Of a stretch of 64,000 nucleotides of DNA, positions 63,201-64,000 are shown in pieces. Each line of letters starts with the position of its first letter. Position 1 is the first letter of the stretch. Position numbers and translations under genes: made by a program. The notes under the pieces were generated by a model. That model made no database searches. It had not been told where the DNA came from and saw only the letters and a list, made by a program, of their open reading frames with translations. Origin of the DNA: the human T2T-CHM13v2.0 reference genome, Homo sapiens; NCBI RefSeq assembly GCF_009914755.1, contig NC_060935.1; one strand, 5' to 3'.

Positions 63201-64000
63201 AGTTTATTAATGAGCTGGACATCTAGAGGCTCAATCAAAAAGAGCTTTACTTTTCCCTGTTACTGTATTCAATCTGCTATGCCAGCTCTCCTTTCCACAT
63301 CAACTGAACAATATTTTTGGCATGTCACATAGCTCTTCAGCAATTCTTATTTTCAGGAATTGGGAAGTCCAGTTCACAACAGCAGAGTTAGGGAAAACAT
63401 TATTATGCCTTCTGCTCCTATGAAATTCATTCAGTAAATTTTCTTCTCTTTTTTTATTACAATAAAATTTTTAACTCTTCTGCATATAGCTTGGACGTGT
63501 GTGATGGATAGGTTAGCTAGGGATCCTGGAATGATTTTGGATACCTCTCAGCAAGCTTGGAGGTGATACATAAAGCACTTCTCAGAACATGTGGGGTTTT
63601 GTCACCTATTGTCCTGAGCTGTGGTGATGAATCCAGCTCCTCTCTTTAGAAGAGTGGGGCACTTCTCACCTGTGGTACTTACCTTTGAGACATTTGTTAA
63701 AAAAATCTAAGATGAGAAATGCCTTCTTATATTCTTTTAATTTTGGAGTTGCAGATGATTTCTGTTGTCTTCTTGATATTGTACCTTATGAGTTTTCTAC
63801 AGTCATTCAGTTTTATATTCATAATTATGAGAACAAAGCAAGAAATACTGAGTAATTCCATTCTTCTAGTACCAATGTGTATTATTCACATCCCATAAAG
63901 TACATTATAATCTGCTTTAGGTAATGATCATTTGTACTTTCTATACGAATCATAGGTACTGAATAAAATCACCGTTTAGAGAAAGGTCAAGAGAGGTAGA

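Overview
AT-rich, CpG-poor primate (human-like) genomic DNA, read by eye, so old-repeat boundaries and subfamily names are approximate. I find no intact protein-coding exon, CpG island, tRNA/rRNA gene or CRISPR array, and almost all ORFs in the track are chance or repeat-derived. The window is a mosaic of interspersed repeats: many MIR and L2 fragments, about 10 Alus, old L1s (including a 4.8-kb internally deleted L1MB-type copy with nested insertions), about 9 LTRs (MLT1, THE1D, LTR16, LTR10, MER41B) and DNA-transposon relics (MADE1, MER44/Tigger7, MER58). The one gene-derived feature is a processed COX6A1 pseudogene at about 44060-44614 (+). Its mitochondrial presequence is frameshifted, but the mature-protein frame is still open. 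Most LTRs lie on the + strand, which suggests (inference) an intron of a large minus-strand gene. I see no evidence of a new multi-gene system. The best leads are a MER41B LTR with three perfect GAS/STAT sites, an internally expanded MADE1 hairpin (miR-548-type source element), a fold-back rearrangement inside LTR10, a tiny young L1 insertion with a perfect TSD, and a few candidate small exons.
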